A stretch of 63,402 nt of DNA, the filler included, from Octopus bimaculoides (lineage: Eukaryota), in the NCBI RefSeq assembly GCF_001194135.2. It is 4 parts of 4 records of this genome, joined end to end, with 100 filler letters (N's around TTAATTAATTAA, not from the genome) between each part and the next. Parts side by side here need not be neighbours in the genome. Positions count along the whole stretch, not along the records: positions 39,406 to 60,779 come from NC_068983.1; positions 60,880 to 63,402 come from NC_068987.1; 2 more parts are not named here. The stretch is one strand, 5' to 3'. Below are positions 60,661-63,402 of the stretch, piece by piece (within the stretch, counting starts at the first letter, position 1; each line of letters starts with the position of its first letter). The translations under genes were made by a program, and so were the position numbers. The notes beneath the pieces are model-generated. The model saw only the letters and a program-made list of their open reading frames with translations, did no database searches and was not told the DNA's origin.

Positions 60661-60779
60661 AGCTGGAAAACTATTATAAAATAACCACCATAGGACTGCA
60701 AAAATACCTACTCCAGAAGCAAGGAAAACTAATACAAATAGCCACAAAACACGAGCAAAACAAAAAAACTGTTTTCAGT
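60659..60779 (+). mobile_element. 5'-truncated R4/Dong-like fragment after (TAA)n
   Basis: QLENYYKITTIGLQKYL.....LIQIATKHEQNKK resembles the Dong post-RT Q.E..YK...IGL..YL.....L..V..HE segment. Confidence 0.55.
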
Positions 60780-60879
60780 NNNNNNNNNNNNNNNNNNNNN
60801 NNNNNNNNNNNNNNNNNNNNNNNTTAATTAATTAANNNNNNNNNNNNNNNNNNNNNNNNNNNNNNNNNNNNNNNNNNNN
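60780..60879. other. Artificial assembly join
   Basis: 44 N + TTAATTAATTAA + 44 N. Confidence 0.9.
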
Positions 60880-61003
60880 TATATATATATATATATATAT
60901 GTATATTTATATATATGCCTGTATATATATTTAAATAAATGTATATATGTATATATGTGTCTATGTATACATATATATGTGTAAATAGAGATATATACGT
61001 GTG

Positions 61004-61072
<69 letters not shown>

Positions 61073-61639
61073 TTATATATATGCCTGTATATATATTTAC
61101 ATAAATGTATATATGTATATATGTGTCTATCTATACATATATATGTGTAAATAGAGATATATATGTGTGTGTATACACTATATATATATTTATATATATA
61201 TATGTATTTATATAAATATAATTTAAATATAAATTTCCAGGTTACTTGGACTATGACAGATCGCATGAACTGGCGGGACGTCCGCCTACGTTGAGATATT
61301 AAAGTGTTAGGTATAGGCATAGGCACACATATAGATACAAACTCATATGTATTTATATCTTTATGAATAAATATATATATATAATAGATATATATGAAAT
61401 ATGCAAGTGGGAGAGACACACACACTCAGTGAGAGAGAGAAAAATAGAGACTGATAGAGAGAGAGGGAGATATAGATATAGATAGATACAGATTGATATA
61501 TAGATATAGATTTGCATACATACACATATATAAGCACATTAACAGCCTAAGAGTATGGCGTGTGGTGGGGTGTATGTGTTTATATGCATGCGTGCGTACG
61601 CATGTTTCTGTCTGTGTCTGGTTGTGCATCGTGTGTGTG

Positions 61640-61674
<35 letters not shown>

Positions 61675-62083
61675 GAGTGAGCCTGTGTGCCTACAGGTGC
61701 AGTGATACATAGGACACATCAATTATGAAACTAACAATGAAGAATTATCTACACGTACACAGGGGGGACAGACACATATGCAGAGATATATATTCAGTAG
61801 AGTATCTATCTAACCATTTATATATATATATATATATATGAAATTGAATTTGGAGTTTCATTTGTGTGTCGTAGGTATATTTTCTGGTAACACCAACTAT
61901 AAAGCTTCTCGCAAAAATTGTTGCCAATATGCTAGATACATTTTTAGGGTTTTGAATGAACTTCAGTCGTTAGCAGCTACTCCCATATTTGAGACAAGTA
62001 AACACTCAAAATGAAATTGCTGGAAATACTTTAGTTACTTCAAAATATGAGATCTCAATCCGGATGGTGGTATAGATATGTAC

Positions 62084-62130
<47 letters not shown>

Positions 62131-62577
62131 NNNNNNNNNNNNNNNNNNNNNNNNNNNNNNNNNNNNNNNNNNNNNNNNNNNNNNNNNNNNNNNNNNNNNN
62201 NNNNNNNNNNNNNNNNNNNNNNNNNNNNNNNNNNNNNNNNNNNNNNNNNNNNNNNNNNNNNNNNNNNNNNNNNNNNNNNNNNNNNNNNNNNNNNNNNNNN
62301 NNNNNNNNNNNNNNNNNNNNNNNNNNNNNNNNNNNNNNNNNNNNNNNNNNNNNNNNNNNNNNNNNNNNNNNNNNNNNNNNNNNNNNNNNNNNNNNNNNNN
62401 NNNNNNNNNNNNNNNNNNNNNNNNNNNNNNNNNNNNNNNNNNNNNNNNNNNNNNNNNNNNNNNNNNNNNNNNNNNNNNNNNNNNNNNNNNNNNNNNNNNN
62501 NNNNNNNNNNNNNNNNNNNNNNNNNNNNNNNNNNNNNNNNNNNNNNNNNNNNNNNNNNNNNNNNNNNNNNNNNNNNN

Positions 62578-62622
<45 letters not shown>

Positions 62623-62903
62623 TATATGCATACATACACATGCATATGTATATATATGCCTACACATATGTGTATATATTTGTATCTATTAGTGTTTGTT
62701 TTTTGTTACAGCACCCCGAGTGCAAAGTAATCTGTATAGTTAGCTAACGATGAACGTTACCAACTAAATAGTTGTGTACCGGGTCGATTTGTTCGACCAA
62801 ATGCTCCATGGTTGCGTCCCAGAATTGATGTGATCCGACGACTGAAAGTAGTAAATATAGATGATATACATATTTATAAATATGCACACACGCACACACA
62901 CAT

Positions 62904-62959
<56 letters not shown>

Positions 62960-63402
62960 ACACGCGCGCACAGCCTTAAAGCCACACACACACGCATAGC
63001 TATTTGTGTGTGTGTATAATTTCTGCTCCAGTTAACTCATTGTTACACACGCCAGCAATTTCTGGCACTATTTGGGTATGCAAAGTGTACGTATTTGTTT
63101 TTTTGCGTGTGTGTTTGTGAGAACCGCGTGCGCATTCTTGAGCATGCAGATAATTGTGTTTGTCTGTGCAGGTTCTGGTGTGTATGTATGCATATTTATG
63201 AGTAATGTTCATTTGTTAGGTGGAATCCTTTTGCCCGTTTATTTATAAACGCATTTGTCTTTATATATGGCAATTGTGAGAATAGGGTAAGATATATTGA
63301 CATGTACAAATATACAGACACTTGCACCAGCATGACCGCAGCCACTTGGCTGAAACCCATAAATAAAAATATATATTCTTATATATATATATATATATAT
63401 AT

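Noticed and set aside
61875-62080. Possible coding exon (GIFSGNTNYKASRKNCC...)
   Set aside because: Ends in a stop, no recognisable family, no partner exons.
42120-63402. Many long ORFs in the supplied track (poly-YI, HT, CV, X runs)
   Set aside because: Translations of dinucleotide and tetranucleotide microsatellites and N gaps, not genes.

Overview
AT-rich, microsatellite-dense eukaryotic DNA whose SINE, RTE, R4 and mariner repeats point to an octopus genome (inference). One host gene is supported: the first four coding exons of a CSTPP1/C11orf49 ortholog on the minus strand (ATG at 23957, running off the left edge), with an RFX X-box just inside intron 1. The rest is mostly transposon debris: R4/Dong-like RLE LINEs in (TAA)n tracts, a second RLE-type 3' end in (ACAT)n, RTE and CR1/Jockey-group LINE pieces, several tRNA-derived SINE families, a near full-length defective mariner, mariner/Tigger/hAT MITEs, a Helitron 3' part, two Helentron/HINE-like elements and a Gypsy-type LTR/PBS remnant. 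Three 100-bp artificial joins (44 N + TTAATTAATTAA + 44 N) mean continuity across 26.5, 39.3 and 60.8 kb is not guaranteed. Best leads: (1) a triplicated tRNA-Trp primer-binding site whose first copy matches about 32 nt of the tRNA; (2) a repeated opposite-polarity association of ATT-tailed SINEs with Dong elements; (3) an exon-3 acceptor built on a Dong target microsatellite; (4) a chimera of two Dong families; (5) a CpG-decay boundary marking the gene body. No CRISPR array or prokaryotic-type system is present, and I cannot claim a proven new system.
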